A DNA stretch of 64,000 nucleotides from positions 1-64,000 of the IMG/VR virus record IMGVR_UViG_3300032250_000391; one strand, given 5' to 3'. Source of the DNA: a virus (taxonomy: Duplodnaviria; Caudoviricetes). Within the stretch, counting starts at the first letter, position 1; every line of letters starts with the position of its first letter. Positions 20,765 through 31,453 of this stretch are shown one piece after another. Below the pieces are notes generated by a model. It saw only the letters and a list, made by a program, of their open reading frames with translations. It did not search any database and was not told where the DNA came from. Position numbers and translations under genes: made by a program.

Positions 20765-21238
20765 TTAGTTATCAATTTGCAGTGTGAAAGCCGCTGGTGC
20801 GAATGATGGAGCCGCGTCACCATTGTTAATGGTTTTTTGCTGAGATAATGCACCCCAAAATAATAAGTTACCGCCCGTTAAAGCGTCGTAAATTCCAAAA
20901 TGAGTAACCACGCCCCAGTTAGCCGATGGGCCAGGATTGAATGTGATTGCATTATTGTTTGAAGTCGTGCCGTTAGTTCCTAAAGAGGCACTGGTTGATG
21001 CCGCCCCTTGTGTTCCTGCATAATTAAGTAAAGTGCTAGCCACGGTTACGCGAGCGTACGAACCGCCTGATACTTCGGTGCCACCGCCTGCGTCAGATGG
21101 AGCTGCCGTTAACAAGCCGAAGTATAGGTTGGTTGGGCCTGTACCGGCTGCCGCTGATGCGCCCGTTACACCTAAAGCTTGACCTCTGAAAAAGAAGTCA
21201 ATAAGTCTGTTTTCTAAAAAGTCACTCATAGCTGCCAT
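20765..21238 (-). CDS. Fibre attachment/structural protein
   Basis: MSDFLEN...LLTAAPSDAGGGTEVSGGSYAR...THFGIYDALTGGNLL, a widespread phage structural motif. Confidence 0.7.
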   Translation of the reverse strand: MAAMSDFLENRLIDFFFRGQALGVTGASAAAGTGPTNLYFGLLTAAPSDAGGGTEVSGGSYARVTVASTLLNYAGTQGAASTSASLGTNGTTSNNNAITFNPGPSANWGVVTHFGIYDALTGGNLLFWGALSQQKTINNGDAAPSFAPAAFTLQIDN

Positions 21239-21269
21239 TTTGTATTTCCTTTAATTAGTCTTTCGTTGT

Positions 21270-21623
21270 TTATCTAGTTACTTCTTTTGATACGGTTACT
21301 GAGCCACTTACCATTCTGTAAACATCACTATTGGGTGAAACTAACTCAATATCGTAAACACCTTTAGTCCAACTAAGAGCGGACGTTTGAATGCTGGAAA
21401 TATACAAGGACACAATTCCACCAATCTCATTTAAAATTAATCCACCGTTTGATGTAGTTAGCTCTACAAGAATTGGCACACTGTCAACTGTCGCTCTTAT
21501 TTGCATACGAGCGGTATATCCAGTTAAATTAATTGCGCGTTTTTTAGCATCCACCCAAGCGAACTTGTAGCGAAATGTTGCGCCCTGCTCTATCGTTAAA
21601 TTAATTTTTTGAATGTCGCTCAT
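21270..21623 (-). CDS. Ig-like fibre adaptor protein
   Basis: IEQGATF...INLTGYTARMQIR...GVYDIEL...G.VTVSKEVTR. Confidence 0.7.
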   Translation of the reverse strand: MSDIQKINLTIEQGATFRYKFAWVDAKKRAINLTGYTARMQIRATVDSVPILVELTTSNGGLILNEIGGIVSLYISSIQTSALSWTKGVYDIELVSPNSDVYRMVSGSVTVSKEVTR

Positions 21624-21683
21624 AGCAATTCAGTATAAAAGAATTATCCATTAAATACAAGTCACTTGTGACTTATATTATGG

Positions 21684-21965
21684 TTACTTTACATTCACTG
21701 CTGGAATGCCAGCCTTGGTATTTATTGTTGCTACTGCCGCTTCGATACCTAGATTTAAAGCCCATGACGCTGTGTTCTGAACAATAACGCCTACTTCACC
21801 TTTGATTGCTTTAATACTTGCTTCAACTGCGGCTTTCTTTTCGGCTCCGGTTTTGTCGGTAGAAAATTCTATTTGTACCAAATTTTTGATTTCATTAAAT
21901 ACGTTCGAACCAATAATGGCTTTAATTACGTAATTAAGTAGTGATAATAAAATTGAGTTAATCAT
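21684..21965 (-). CDS. Lysis-cassette small protein (holin-associated)
   Basis: Hydrophobic N-terminus, TGAEKKAAV motif, and position. Confidence 0.5.
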   Translation of the reverse strand: MINSILLSLLNYVIKAIIGSNVFNEIKNLVQIEFSTDKTGAEKKAAVEASIKAIKGEVGVIVQNTASWALNLGIEAAVATINTKAGIPAVNVK

Positions 21966-21976
21966 TATTTTTCCTT

Positions 21977-22171
21977 TTAATTTTTACAAGTTATTGAAAC
22001 AAATAAACCATTTAAACTTTTCCAATCATCTTCCTGTGAGCGGTGAGACGTTAGTAGAGTCATTCCTGGATGGCAGTCCAATTTTGTCTGAGCTGACGAT
22101 TGTTGCGGTTGTATTAATGAACAAGCCTGCAATAGCGACAATAGAGCCGCCAATAGTAAGAATCTGCTCAT
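21977..22171 (-). CDS. Lipoprotein (spanin-like) overlapping the holin in another frame
   Basis: MSRFLLLAALLSLLQA-C lipobox from ATG 22171; 64 aa. Confidence 0.55.
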   Translation of the reverse strand: MSRFLLLAALLSLLQACSLIQPQQSSAQTKLDCHPGMTLLTSHRSQEDDWKSLNGLFVSITCKN

Positions 22172-22334
22172 CAGTGAGAGGAAGCTCGTAGCCAAACGCT
22201 TTAGCAAGTGCAACCAAGGCGCCCAATAAACCAGCAACAATGGATGCAGTAATCTGACCGCTTTTCCATGCTGTCGGATTTGCAACCACGCTACCTTTAC
22301 GAAATACATCTAATCCTGCCAATAATTTATTCAT
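22026..22334 (-). CDS. Holin-like protein with two TM segments
   Basis: Two hydrophobic segments, 102 aa, in the lysis region. Confidence 0.65.
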   Translation of the reverse strand: MNKLLAGLDVFRKGSVVANPTAWKSGQITASIVAGLLGALVALAKAFGYELPLTDEQILTIGGSIVAIAGLFINTTATIVSSDKIGLPSRNDSTNVSPLTGR

Positions 22335-22351
22335 TGTTTGTCCTTTGATGT

Positions 22352-22744
22352 TTATAAAATTTTTCCATTACCTGTCATGAAATAACCAACAACAAATATA
22401 GCAAGTGCCCATTTAATGACGCCTGTTACAATCTGTCCCCAAAAATTATCTGAAATTTTGTCGAGCGAATTAAGTAGTTTGTCGATACGACTATGTTGGT
22501 TTGCATGGTCAAACGCTGACATGTCACCAAAATGTTGTTTAAAGCTGTTTTCGATTTCAGCTTTAATATCGTTTAGAACTTCTTTTCGAAGCTCAGATAC
22601 GGCGTCTTCTGCTGCCTGTTTAGAGATAACCGCTATAGTTTCTTTATCGAGCGCCATAAGAGACATTCCTTGTTCTTTCGTTAGATTTTGAATCATAGAA
22701 AAATCCATCAGTCTCTTGCGGATAAAAACAATTATAAACTCCAA
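22352..22744 (-). CDS. Membrane-anchored hypothetical protein
   Basis: Coiled region plus C-terminal TM segment. Confidence 0.55.
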   Translation of the reverse strand: MEFIIVFIRKRLMDFSMIQNLTKEQGMSLMALDKETIAVISKQAAEDAVSELRKEVLNDIKAEIENSFKQHFGDMSAFDHANQHSRIDKLLNSLDKISDNFWGQIVTGVIKWALAIFVVGYFMTGNGKIL

Positions 22745-22780
22745 CTACAAATAAATCAAGTCATTTGTGACTTACTTAAA

Positions 22781-23371
22781 TTACCAAACAATGGCATCTA
22801 TTTCTTCCAATGTGGTCGCTTCTGATATCTGAGATTGCAATAAGGCGTTTTTGCTTAATTGTGCCGTGATGTGAGCTTTTCCATCTGCGCCAGCTTTGCG
22901 AATTTGTTCGGCTGTGTGCTCTCGATAATCCCACACATCGTTTGCATCTTTACACCAAAACAAGGTTTTCCAATTTGAGTCATTGGCAGGATTGTAGCTG
23001 TCGGTGACAGATGCAATCATATTTACTTGGTCTTTATCGTTCGCAGGGTAATGATGCAAGCTGCCCAAGGCGGTTGATGAATAGCCCGCGTAAATTGCAC
23101 CTCTGCAACTTTTGTGCATATCGCCTTTTTTCAAATTCATAATTCTCAATAATGGTATATGCCAAACTTTATTTAAAAAATCCCATTCATGACGCTCAGA
23201 AGGACTAGGCGGTTTTTTTACTAGCCCATTTTCGTAATAATAATTTATTGCTATGTCGGCGTCATCAAGGTCTGTTTCTATCGGAATCATTCCTTCAATT
23301 TCTTCATCTATGAAAGAGTTTGCTACGATTACTATTTGGCCGTTCTCTTCTACTTTAAGTTGTTTTCTCAC
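22781..23371 (-). CDS. Tail fibre assembly protein (DUF4376-like); start probably GTG near 23371
   Basis: C-terminal DQVN...W...N...HTAEQI...EEIDAIVW pattern. Confidence 0.7.
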   Translation of the reverse strand: MRKQLKVEENGQIVIVANSFIDEEIEGMIPIETDLDDADIAINYYYENGLVKKPPSPSERHEWDFLNKVWHIPLLRIMNLKKGDMHKSCRGAIYAGYSSTALGSLHHYPANDKDQVNMIASVTDSYNPANDSNWKTLFWCKDANDVWDYREHTAEQIRKAGADGKAHITAQLSKNALLQSQISEATTLEEIDAIVW

Positions 23372-23372
23372 G

Positions 23373-24068
23373 TTAAATCTCCTGAAATGATAAAAATTCA
23401 AACTTATAATCATAAGCATAGTCATAAGTACCAGAGAGGTCATCTCCAACTCCAACTGATGGCGAAACACGATGCGACGCGTGATAAAGACTCATTTGCG
23501 TCTCACTTATTTTAAGGAATTCAAGGCAATAGTCTCCCTGATAGAATTGGTCAACAAAAGAGCCCAAGTAAGCACAGACAGAAGTTGGAAAATAAAGTGT
23601 TTTTGTTTTATCGGGATGCAAGAAATTAAAAGTATTTGAATTTAGCCATGTCATTGTAGCTGGAAATCTTTGAACAAGTCTTACGTATTTTCTATTTGAA
23701 GCAAATCCCAAAGTTCCACCTTGGTCGTAAACTTTTATTCCATAGGTGTCATTTGGCGTATCAACTGGAGTTTTTCCAATAATAATGTAGTCCGCATAAT
23801 GACTTTGTAAAGGTTTTTGTCCAAATGTTGCGACGAAAAGTCTTTCACCATCAGAGGCAATACAAGAATATGGAATAAAAAAACTTACTGGAACTCCTAT
23901 TAAACACATTTCAGTGCTTTTATTATATCCCGGCACATAAGCTTGATTAGGAACCTGATTATTCCAAGCGGGTGAGATTACTCCTTTTGTTTTTATACAA
24001 TAGTTTCCGTTTAAGTCTGATATACCTGTACTGCCTGAAGCGGTTGTAGAGAAGATTCCAAAAGACAT
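23373..24068 (-). CDS. Tail-tip associated protein
   Basis: MSFGI... and YGIKVYDQGG.L.F.SN motifs, following the central fibre. Confidence 0.6.
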   Translation of the reverse strand: MSFGIFSTTASGSTGISDLNGNYCIKTKGVISPAWNNQVPNQAYVPGYNKSTEMCLIGVPVSFFIPYSCIASDGERLFVATFGQKPLQSHYADYIIIGKTPVDTPNDTYGIKVYDQGGTLGFASNRKYVRLVQRFPATMTWLNSNTFNFLHPDKTKTLYFPTSVCAYLGSFVDQFYQGDYCLEFLKISETQMSLYHASHRVSPSVGVGDDLSGTYDYAYDYKFEFLSFQEI

Positions 24069-24398
24069 TTATGCTCCGTTAAATATAGTTATTACATAAG
24101 TTCGAAAAAAATAATTTGGAGAAACGTATGGATTATTTGTTGGTTGGTGAGATATAGTAAAAGTATTTACACCAAAGGATAAAGCATTTGGTTGATAAAA
24201 TATTTCCGCCGCAGTCCAAAAATTGTCGTGAAACGCATAAAAAGACACGCCTGGAATTATTCCTGGAATGTTATATGTTGCTCCAGTTGAATTATTGGTA
24301 AAATTATAAGAAACTGTTGCCAAAGAAATAATAGGAAATTTTTGGTCATCTAATACTGTATTCCCAAACTCGTCTTTAATTTGTATGCTGTAACTCAT
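24069..24398 (-). CDS. Tail-tip associated protein
   Basis: MSYSIQIKDEFGN..LD motif; overlaps the gpJ stop. Confidence 0.6.
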   Translation of the reverse strand: MSYSIQIKDEFGNTVLDDQKFPIISLATVSYNFTNNSTGATYNIPGIIPGVSFYAFHDNFWTAAEIFYQPNALSFGVNTFTISHQPTNNPYVSPNYFFRTYVITIFNGA

Positions 24399-27300
24399 GC
24401 TAAAAGATTTCCTATTTTTACCCTTAGTACGTTTGATGCGTCAAAAACTTTTATACACTCATTGGTCATTTCTAATCTTGCTCCCGTAGTTGCACTTTTA
24501 ATTGAGATTGCTCCTGTCGAACTTGCGCTAAAACCAGCGCCCAAACCAATTGAGCCAGCAACTAAATCGCCCTTAATAGTCAATGCGGAACCACTCCATG
24601 TCAGACCGGCGGTAGAAGTGCCAACGCTAAACTTGTAAGTAGTGCCGCTATAACCTAAGAAATAACCAGAGCCGGTGTTATAGTCGCTTTGTCCGCCACG
24701 TATAAATCCAGCGTTGTCCAGTACAATTGAGCCTGCCGTAATAGAGCCTAAATCTCCTGATATTGCAGACAAAGTGCCAACTTTTAATGCCGCTTGGTAC
24801 GGGATTCCCCAAACTGTGTTGCCCGTTGATGCGGAATATATTCCGTCTAGTTTGAATTGATACTGCCCTGAAGTTAGTGTTGATAGAGCGGCTGTCCATG
24901 TTTCGTTACCACCAAATGCGTTGGTTACTGGAAAGCTAGACGAGCCAACTGTCGTTGTTGTTGTTGGCGTTGCATTCAGCGAAGCTACAGTTGCTACGGC
25001 GTAGCAAACTCTATATGAGTCTCCTGTAGCGCCTGGAGTACCGACCGCAACGCCGTACTTACCAACTGTAATGTAATCAATTGCTACGGACGCACTTACT
25101 GCATTTATAAAATCAAAACGCAATCCAGTAACATTTCCGCCTGTCATGTAGTCTGTGCCGCCTATTGTCAGACTTCTCATATCAAGAGTTATTGTTGTCC
25201 ACTCTCCCAAAACTGGCGCAGGAATTGATTTATAGAACAAACCAGACCAACTATGACCGGCATTGGCTGTATAAACTATTCCTTCCCATGCTCCCGAAAT
25301 ATGCTTGATACGCATTGTTACCAAGTAACTATCTAACGGGTTTAAATTAATAGTTCCTGACAAAAGTTGCTGGTCAAGCACAGTATTGGTAATTGTTGTT
25401 GTAGTTGCTGAGTCGCTAGATGCTACAGTTCCCGGAAAAGTGAAGCCCCCTGGTAATGTTGAGCCAACAAAGTCGTAGTTTGCGCTTGGAACTATATTTT
25501 CTCCATCAGCTCCTGGAGGCCCAACAACTATACTATCCGCTCCTGTTGCTCCTTTAAATACCACTGGAATAACTTGTGTATCAAGAAGTGTTGCGCCAGA
25601 GACAGTTGCTTGGTTGTACATTTTTACGGTGTAGCTTGTTCTGCCTCCTGCATTTGCTATGCTCGTTGTAATCGTATTTGCTGTAGCGGTAGTAGCCTCA
25701 ACAAGTCCATCACCAGTCAGAGTTAAGAATCCAAATGTAGATTCCGTTCCTCCAACAACTCTTTTTCCGGTAACTGTTATATTGGTATGTGCACCAGATG
25801 TTGCGGCGTCTGGAGCATTTTTAAATATAACTGGCGATGTAGAATCAATGTAGTTATAAATGGCGTCGCCACCAAGTACGCCCGCTTTTGCTTTGCTTAG
25901 TGTCTGTACTATTGTTGCGGATATAGCAGTACCATTAGCACGCTGACCAGTGATGGCGTAGCTAACAGTGGCAGTATCGGCTGTCATTGATGAATGACTT
26001 GCAACTACAGCGGTTAATCCAGATGTTGTGATAGCACCAGAAGTTATTCCAGTTCCGGTCGCAACTGCTTTCCACTTTCCTGCGGTGGTTCCTACGCCGT
26101 CGTGTGTTAGCTCTGTAGCACCTTCGAATACCCTCAGAATTGTTCCTGAGTTTGTGTAAACGCCATTGTTGCCAGCACTGTCTGTTGGAATTGTATGAGA
26201 ATTATTTGTTGATACAACCGAAATGGCAGATACACCGTTCAAACCGTTTGTTCCGGCAGCGCCAAGTGCATACGCAACGCTAGTATTCCAAGTTACAGTT
26301 GAAGTGGTCGCTACTAAGGTATCAGAATAACTAACAGAGCATCCATAAAGTGTTTGACCGGCGGTTGGCGCTCCTGGTACAAGCGACCATGAGTTAGCCG
26401 TAGCTGGAGCTGTAAATTGTCCAGTAGACCAAGTGTATGTTGATGTGCCAGACGGGAACGAAGTAGGTGTAGCGGACGCCCACTGATATAGTTCCAGAAC
26501 AGCTGTACGTGCGCCGTTAGTACCGTTAGTACCGTTACTTCCGCTAACGCCCGCAACTACCGCAGCCGTAGCATTCCAAGTAACAGTAGATGTAGCCGAT
26601 GTTGAGCTGTCAACATATATTGTTCGTGTAACCCATAATGTTTGACCGGATACTTGTGCTGGAGGCGTTATTGACCAATTATTAACAGTTGCTGGCGCGG
26701 TAAACTGACCAGTAGACCAAGTGTATGTTGATGTACCAGACGGGAATGTAGTTGGCGCAGATGCGGCCCACTGATACATCTCAAGAATTGCAGTGCGTGA
26801 ACCGTTTGCACCAGTTGGACCGTCCGATACCACCGTAACGGTCTCTTCGTCTATCTTTTGCGTTACTCCACCAGCGGCATATAATTCAGCTTTAATTGAC
26901 GTAACGGATGAGCTAGAAGGGGTATAAGTTCTTGTATTTTCGTCTGCACTTGACGTGTATGACGCTGTTGCGCTTCCATTTTCAAAAATTCTAAATCTAC
27001 CAGAGTAAGTTGCTGAGGCACTCGTTCCCGTTTTAGAAGTTGCAGAGAACGTTACTGTTGCTGGCGTAAACGCTCCGGCAAGTGATTTGGTCAATACATT
27101 TGTTGACGCTAATAAAGAAAATGCAGTTGCGTCTACGCCATTTTTTGCACGACTAAATGACTGTGAAGTCGCAATTGAAATTGCCGAACCATCAGCGCGT
27201 TTACCCGTAATTTGATATGTTATAAATGCCGTGTCAGCGGATATTGCTGAGTGATTTCCTACTGTTACAAATAAACCCGAATCTGTAAATGTGCCGGTTG

Positions 27301-30300
27301 TTATATTTGTTGGAGTTGCGGCTACTGTCCATGTTCCATTCGCGGTCCCTACGCCGTCGTATGTTAGCTCTGTACCGCCCTCATATAAGCGTATCGTTGT
27401 TCCAGAATTGGTGTAAACACCATTATTTCCGGCGCTATCGGTCGGTATAACATGCGACTCATTTGTATTTGTAACAGTTAATGCAGAAACGCCATTTGTA
27501 CCGTTTGCGCCATTTTGCGAAACAGCCGTGATGGTGTATCCAGAAGTCCAACTTAACGAGGTTGTAGAAGCCGTTGCAGTGTCAACAACTTGCTTAACCG
27601 CAACCCACAAACTGGAAGCTGGAGTATTTGGATTGGCTGGAGCAGATGTTGTCCATCCATTGGTTCCCGTATACCCAGTATGAGCACCTGTTGTCCATGT
27701 AAAGGTACTTGCACCATTAGGATAACTTGATTCAGGCATGGTAGCCGCCCATTTGTACAGTCTTGCTTCTGCTACTTTATTGCCTAACGAAGCAAGTGGC
27801 GTTACGGAATATTCTGTAGAGAAATTTAAACCCGATTTACCATAGGTGTCATAATGTGCCGCTTTTATATACATTGTCGTCGATGCATATAAAAGATAAA
27901 AGTTTGCACCGCCCTCGTAAATTAAATTTTCTGGAGCTGGTGTAAATCCCTGAGTTGCCGATGCGTAAATCAGCGTACCGGAATAATCTAAGTCGTTCGA
28001 TTTTGAAACCGTAATTGAAATGTTGCCTGCGCCTGGAGTGACAATAAGCGTTGGCGCATTAGGAGCTAAATTACTACCATTTAATGTTAGCGGAGTAACG
28101 GAAAGCATCAGTCCTTTTCTTGATTGAATCTTAAACGTAACGACTCTCCACGGGCCACCGTCTGCAACAGCATTTTCAAGCGTGTATGCGAAGTTTGTTT
28201 TGGTAGTATTAAAAAAACGCTTTACAGAGCTGTCATATAAAACTTCAACGTAGTAACCGTCAGAGTCGGGCACTGTCTCCCAAACAACATCAAATGTTTG
28301 ACCATTGGCAACTACAGTTCCAGAAGGCACATTTGAAGGGGGAGGTATTAAACCAACTTCTATATATTTGGTTATGTAAGGGCCTAGCAAACCGCCAAAT
28401 GCGGCTACCCTCACATAAAGCGGCCCTATACTTGAAAGAAAGCTATAGTTGTTGCCTGTAATTTCCGCCACTGTTTCCCAGTTAATACTGTCGAGTGACT
28501 TTTCGATTACGTATTTGCTTGCACCCGCAGTAGTTAGCCAAGAAAGAGAAATACTAGGTGTATTTCCGCTTCCTGATTGAGAAAGAGTAAAGTCTTTCAG
28601 TATAGGTCTGACTTTTGGCGCAGGAAGTGAGTACAGGTATGTATCTAGTGGAATTGGCGTTCCATCTGCGGAATGAACGCGACCATCTTCGTTAATAGCG
28701 GTGACTTGAACAGTCATGCCTTCGCGAGGTGTTGTCGATAAAACTCTAGCAAGCTGAACTACATAGCCTGAACGTCCAAAAGTAATATGAGTTTTTTCTT
28801 TATCAAATCCTGCATAAACAGAAAAATCTAAAGTAGATTGATTAAACACTATAGTGCTGTCATTAACACCGCGAGACACTTCGACTGGTCCAAACGCAGA
28901 GCCATTCGCTCTTCTTAATAACACGAAGTGTGAAACGCCGTCTGTCCAAGTAAAAGGTTCTGACGAAATTATTGAGCCATTAAATGTAGTCGTGACAGCC
29001 GTGGCAACAGTAGGAACAAATTGATTGGAAACTGTACCGGCTTCATTTTGTGCATTTGTCGCATAAAACGTGAATCCGCTCGAAGGAACAGCGCTATTTG
29101 CTAAAATATTAAAATCAATTACGTTTCTGGAAGCTGCCAAATTGGCGTTTAATGAAACTCTTACCCAAGCGCCAAATACTGTGCTTGTTACGGTGTTGGA
29201 ATTTACGACGTCATTGTAATCACAACTTACAGCCCAGCTTGTAATTCCAGTCTGAGTAGGTACATAAACGTAAATAGAGGCATTTCTATTTCCAGTTAAA
29301 TTGGGAAACGAACTTTGCCTTGCAAATAAATTATCTGTTGTTGCTGTGCCATTTCTGACGAATCTAGTAACGGCATTTGCTTGTCCATTTGGGTCAAGAA
29401 CGGCAGTAGAAGAAGTGGCTGTATAAAATGCCGAAGCCCATCCTGTAGTATTGAAAAGTTGAGAACTGTATCTAAGAGAGTTGGTAACATTAACGTTACC
29501 AGTGCGCCCTACAACCTCGCCACTTTGTCCCCATTCAGGAATGTCAGACTGAATACCGATAAGGTCTCCTAGCGCTGGAATATGCCCTTCTAGCTCGGTT
29601 TCAAAGCTAATCTCTTTTCTTCTGTAGCGATTACTCGCGATAGCGGTCATGCCTTCGCGATAAGCTTGATTTCTATTGGTAATACCAAACGCTTTAATCT
29701 TGGCTGGCGTTTTTGCAAGAACTCCTTCATCTAGTTGGGCTCTTACAACTCTTGGCTTCCATGTTATTTCGTCAAAGTATTCAACGTCGACAGCATCTGC
29801 GCTATCATCCGAAGTCATAATGTAGGTGACTTTAAAGCTGTTTTTTACCATATTTCTGCTGGTAAACAGAGCTGTTGGTAAAGTCTGCAAGCTGTCACGA
29901 ACAAAGTGAATCATGCCGCCCTGAACGTAAGGTCTGGTTCGACCGGCTCTGCAAGCCATTGTTAGTGACTCCCAAAACGTCTGAGTAGAGTCAAATACGC
30001 AGTTTAGTGTATCTCCGCGAGACGTCCATATAGCGTCCAGCGCGATTAGTTGCGCCAAATTAAACCGAGCCTCTGTTACGCCTGCTCCGTAAGCGGCTCT
30101 ACACATATCTGAAATAGCCCATGCAATAGAACGTGTGAGCATAGGTATTGAAAATTCATAGCTATTTGTCGCCACATTAATTGAAGGAATAGGCAACATT
30201 CTAGTTGCAACAAGATTAACTTTTCTGGAAGACTGACTTGAAACTGTATTTGTCGCTTTTATTTTTATTGCTAAAAGCGTTCTATCTCCGTAAGTCCTAG

Positions 30301-31453
30301 TCACTGACGAATAGCATCTTGCTGCCGAAAATAGAACATCGTTTGAAACTCTAGCATTTGTATCTTTTGGTGTAACTCGATAAGCCGATATTTTGTATCT
30401 GCCAGAAGCAACATTATATTTGTACGTTCTTCTGATTGCAGTTGTAGTTCCTTCCGTTATTACCTCGTTCCCTAACGTAATTTCGTTGCCAATGTTATTG
30501 CCAGCGTTGTCAATTTGTTGTGCGTAAAATCTAACAGTTACCGAGCGAGTTTCATATCCTCCATAGTCATTTATGTAAGATAAACCTCTTGGCAGAACAA
30601 GGTCGAAAGCCAACTTATTAACAGTCGTTAATGCCGGACTTGCAATAAATGGACCTAATGTATTATCTCCAAATAGCTCTTGACCTGTTACCTCAACAAC
30701 GTTGTAAACGTCTGTCGGAAAAAGCAAAGATGCCGTGTTGGGCTGTACAACCTCAGACTGAAATTCAGCCGAAAAAGAACTTATAGGGCTATCTTCAATG
30801 TAAATCTCGTTTAAGTTGATAGCCGCTTTGCCCTGCGTAACGCAAAATAACTGATATAGATACTGTTCGTTATCTTCAAACTCAGCATAAGGCTGTGCGG
30901 CAAAATCTGGAAACAATTTCATTTTGCCGTAAAGAACAGGAATAGCCTGACCAATACGAGCACTGTTGCCTTGAGCTCCAATAGTGTATGTTGGACTTGG
31001 AGCTACTGCTTGTTGTTGCTGTTGTCCTTTGGGTAAAGAGGGCGGTGGAATTAAAGCATTAATAAGGGTGCTGCCTAAAAAGCTAATACCAGCTGTTAGT
31101 AACGAAGCTCCAAGAGTTCCTGCCGCTATACCTAAACTTGGGCCAATTACTCCAGCCAAGTAAGGCGCAAATGACGAAAGAGCAATCATCAAGATTAATT
31201 TTAATGGATTTGAACCACCGCCGCCTTCCGGTAAGCGCACAAAACTAACCACATCACCATCTTTGATGACCGTTCTAGACCAGTCCTTACGCAGTAAAAG
31301 CTCTCCGTTGTAATAACAGATGGTTGGTTTGCTTAAGTCGACTTTGTTTCTGTTAACAACAGTGCTTATTTTAAGCTTACGCTGAATAGGTTTTTGAATT
31401 CTATCCCTGCTTTGGTGAAACGGATTTGTTACAATATTAAGTGTTGCTAACAT
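24395..31453 (-). CDS. Central tail fibre/host-specificity protein (gpI-gpJ-like); likely start ATG 31453
   Basis: ARIGQAIPVLYG motif, tip-attachment domain, FN3-like domains, collagen-like GxxG linkers, duplicated modules and C-terminal RVKIGNL. Confidence 0.9.
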   Translation of the reverse strand: MLATLNIVTNPFHQSRDRIQKPIQRKLKISTVVNRNKVDLSKPTICYYNGELLLRKDWSRTVIKDGDVVSFVRLPEGGGGSNPLKLILMIALSSFAPYLAGVIGPSLGIAAGTLGASLLTAGISFLGSTLINALIPPPSLPKGQQQQQAVAPSPTYTIGAQGNSARIGQAIPVLYGKMKLFPDFAAQPYAEFEDNEQYLYQLFCVTQGKAAINLNEIYIEDSPISSFSAEFQSEVVQPNTASLLFPTDVYNVVEVTGQELFGDNTLGPFIASPALTTVNKLAFDLVLPRGLSYINDYGGYETRSVTVRFYAQQIDNAGNNIGNEITLGNEVITEGTTTAIRRTYKYNVASGRYKISAYRVTPKDTNARVSNDVLFSAARCYSSVTRTYGDRTLLAIKIKATNTVSSQSSRKVNLVATRMLPIPSINVATNSYEFSIPMLTRSIAWAISDMCRAAYGAGVTEARFNLAQLIALDAIWTSRGDTLNCVFDSTQTFWESLTMACRAGRTRPYVQGGMIHFVRDSLQTLPTALFTSRNMVKNSFKVTYIMTSDDSADAVDVEYFDEITWKPRVVRAQLDEGVLAKTPAKIKAFGITNRNQAYREGMTAIASNRYRRKEISFETELEGHIPALGDLIGIQSDIPEWGQSGEVVGRTGNVNVTNSLRYSSQLFNTTGWASAFYTATSSTAVLDPNGQANAVTRFVRNGTATTDNLFARQSSFPNLTGNRNASIYVYVPTQTGITSWAVSCDYNDVVNSNTVTSTVFGAWVRVSLNANLAASRNVIDFNILANSAVPSSGFTFYATNAQNEAGTVSNQFVPTVATAVTTTFNGSIISSEPFTWTDGVSHFVLLRRANGSAFGPVEVSRGVNDSTIVFNQSTLDFSVYAGFDKEKTHITFGRSGYVVQLARVLSTTPREGMTVQVTAINEDGRVHSADGTPIPLDTYLYSLPAPKVRPILKDFTLSQSGSGNTPSISLSWLTTAGASKYVIEKSLDSINWETVAEITGNNYSFLSSIGPLYVRVAAFGGLLGPYITKYIEVGLIPPPSNVPSGTVVANGQTFDVVWETVPDSDGYYVEVLYDSSVKRFFNTTKTNFAYTLENAVADGGPWRVVTFKIQSRKGLMLSVTPLTLNGSNLAPNAPTLIVTPGAGNISITVSKSNDLDYSGTLIYASATQGFTPAPENLIYEGGANFYLLYASTTMYIKAAHYDTYGKSGLNFSTEYSVTPLASLGNKVAEARLYKWAATMPESSYPNGASTFTWTTGAHTGYTGTNGWTTSAPANPNTPASSLWVAVKQVVDTATASTTSLSWTSGYTITAVSQNGANGTNGVSALTVTNTNESHVIPTDSAGNNGVYTNSGTTIRLYEGGTELTYDGVGTANGTWTVAATPTNITTGTFTDSGLFVTVGNHSAISADTAFITYQITGKRADGSAISIATSQSFSRAKNGVDATAFSLLASTNVLTKSLAGAFTPATVTFSATSKTGTSASATYSGRFRIFENGSATASYTSSADENTRTYTPSSSSVTSIKAELYAAGGVTQKIDEETVTVVSDGPTGANGSRTAILEMYQWAASAPTTFPSGTSTYTWSTGQFTAPATVNNWSITPPAQVSGQTLWVTRTIYVDSSTSATSTVTWNATAAVVAGVSGSNGTNGTNGARTAVLELYQWASATPTSFPSGTSTYTWSTGQFTAPATANSWSLVPGAPTAGQTLYGCSVSYSDTLVATTSTVTWNTSVAYALGAAGTNGLNGVSAISVVSTNNSHTIPTDSAGNNGVYTNSGTILRVFEGATELTHDGVGTTAGKWKAVATGTGITSGAITTSGLTAVVASHSSMTADTATVSYAITGQRANGTAISATIVQTLSKAKAGVLGGDAIYNYIDSTSPVIFKNAPDAATSGAHTNITVTGKRVVGGTESTFGFLTLTGDGLVEATTATANTITTSIANAGGRTSYTVKMYNQATVSGATLLDTQVIPVVFKGATGADSIVVGPPGADGENIVPSANYDFVGSTLPGGFTFPGTVASSDSATTTTITNTVLDQQLLSGTINLNPLDSYLVTMRIKHISGAWEGIVYTANAGHSWSGLFYKSIPAPVLGEWTTITLDMRSLTIGGTDYMTGGNVTGLRFDFINAVSASVAIDYITVGKYGVAVGTPGATGDSYRVCYAVATVASLNATPTTTTTVGSSSFPVTNAFGGNETWTAALSTLTSGQYQFKLDGIYSASTGNTVWGIPYQAALKVGTLSAISGDLGSITAGSIVLDNAGFIRGGQSDYNTGSGYFLGYSGTTYKFSVGTSTAGLTWSGSALTIKGDLVAGSIGLGAGFSASSTGAISIKSATTGARLEMTNECIKVFDASNVLRVKIGNLLA

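Noticed and set aside
13478-31453. Diversity-generating retroelement or shufflon acting on the fibres
   Set aside because: No reverse transcriptase or invertase is present. Duplicated modules are in-frame and direct, and their differences are not adenine-specific.
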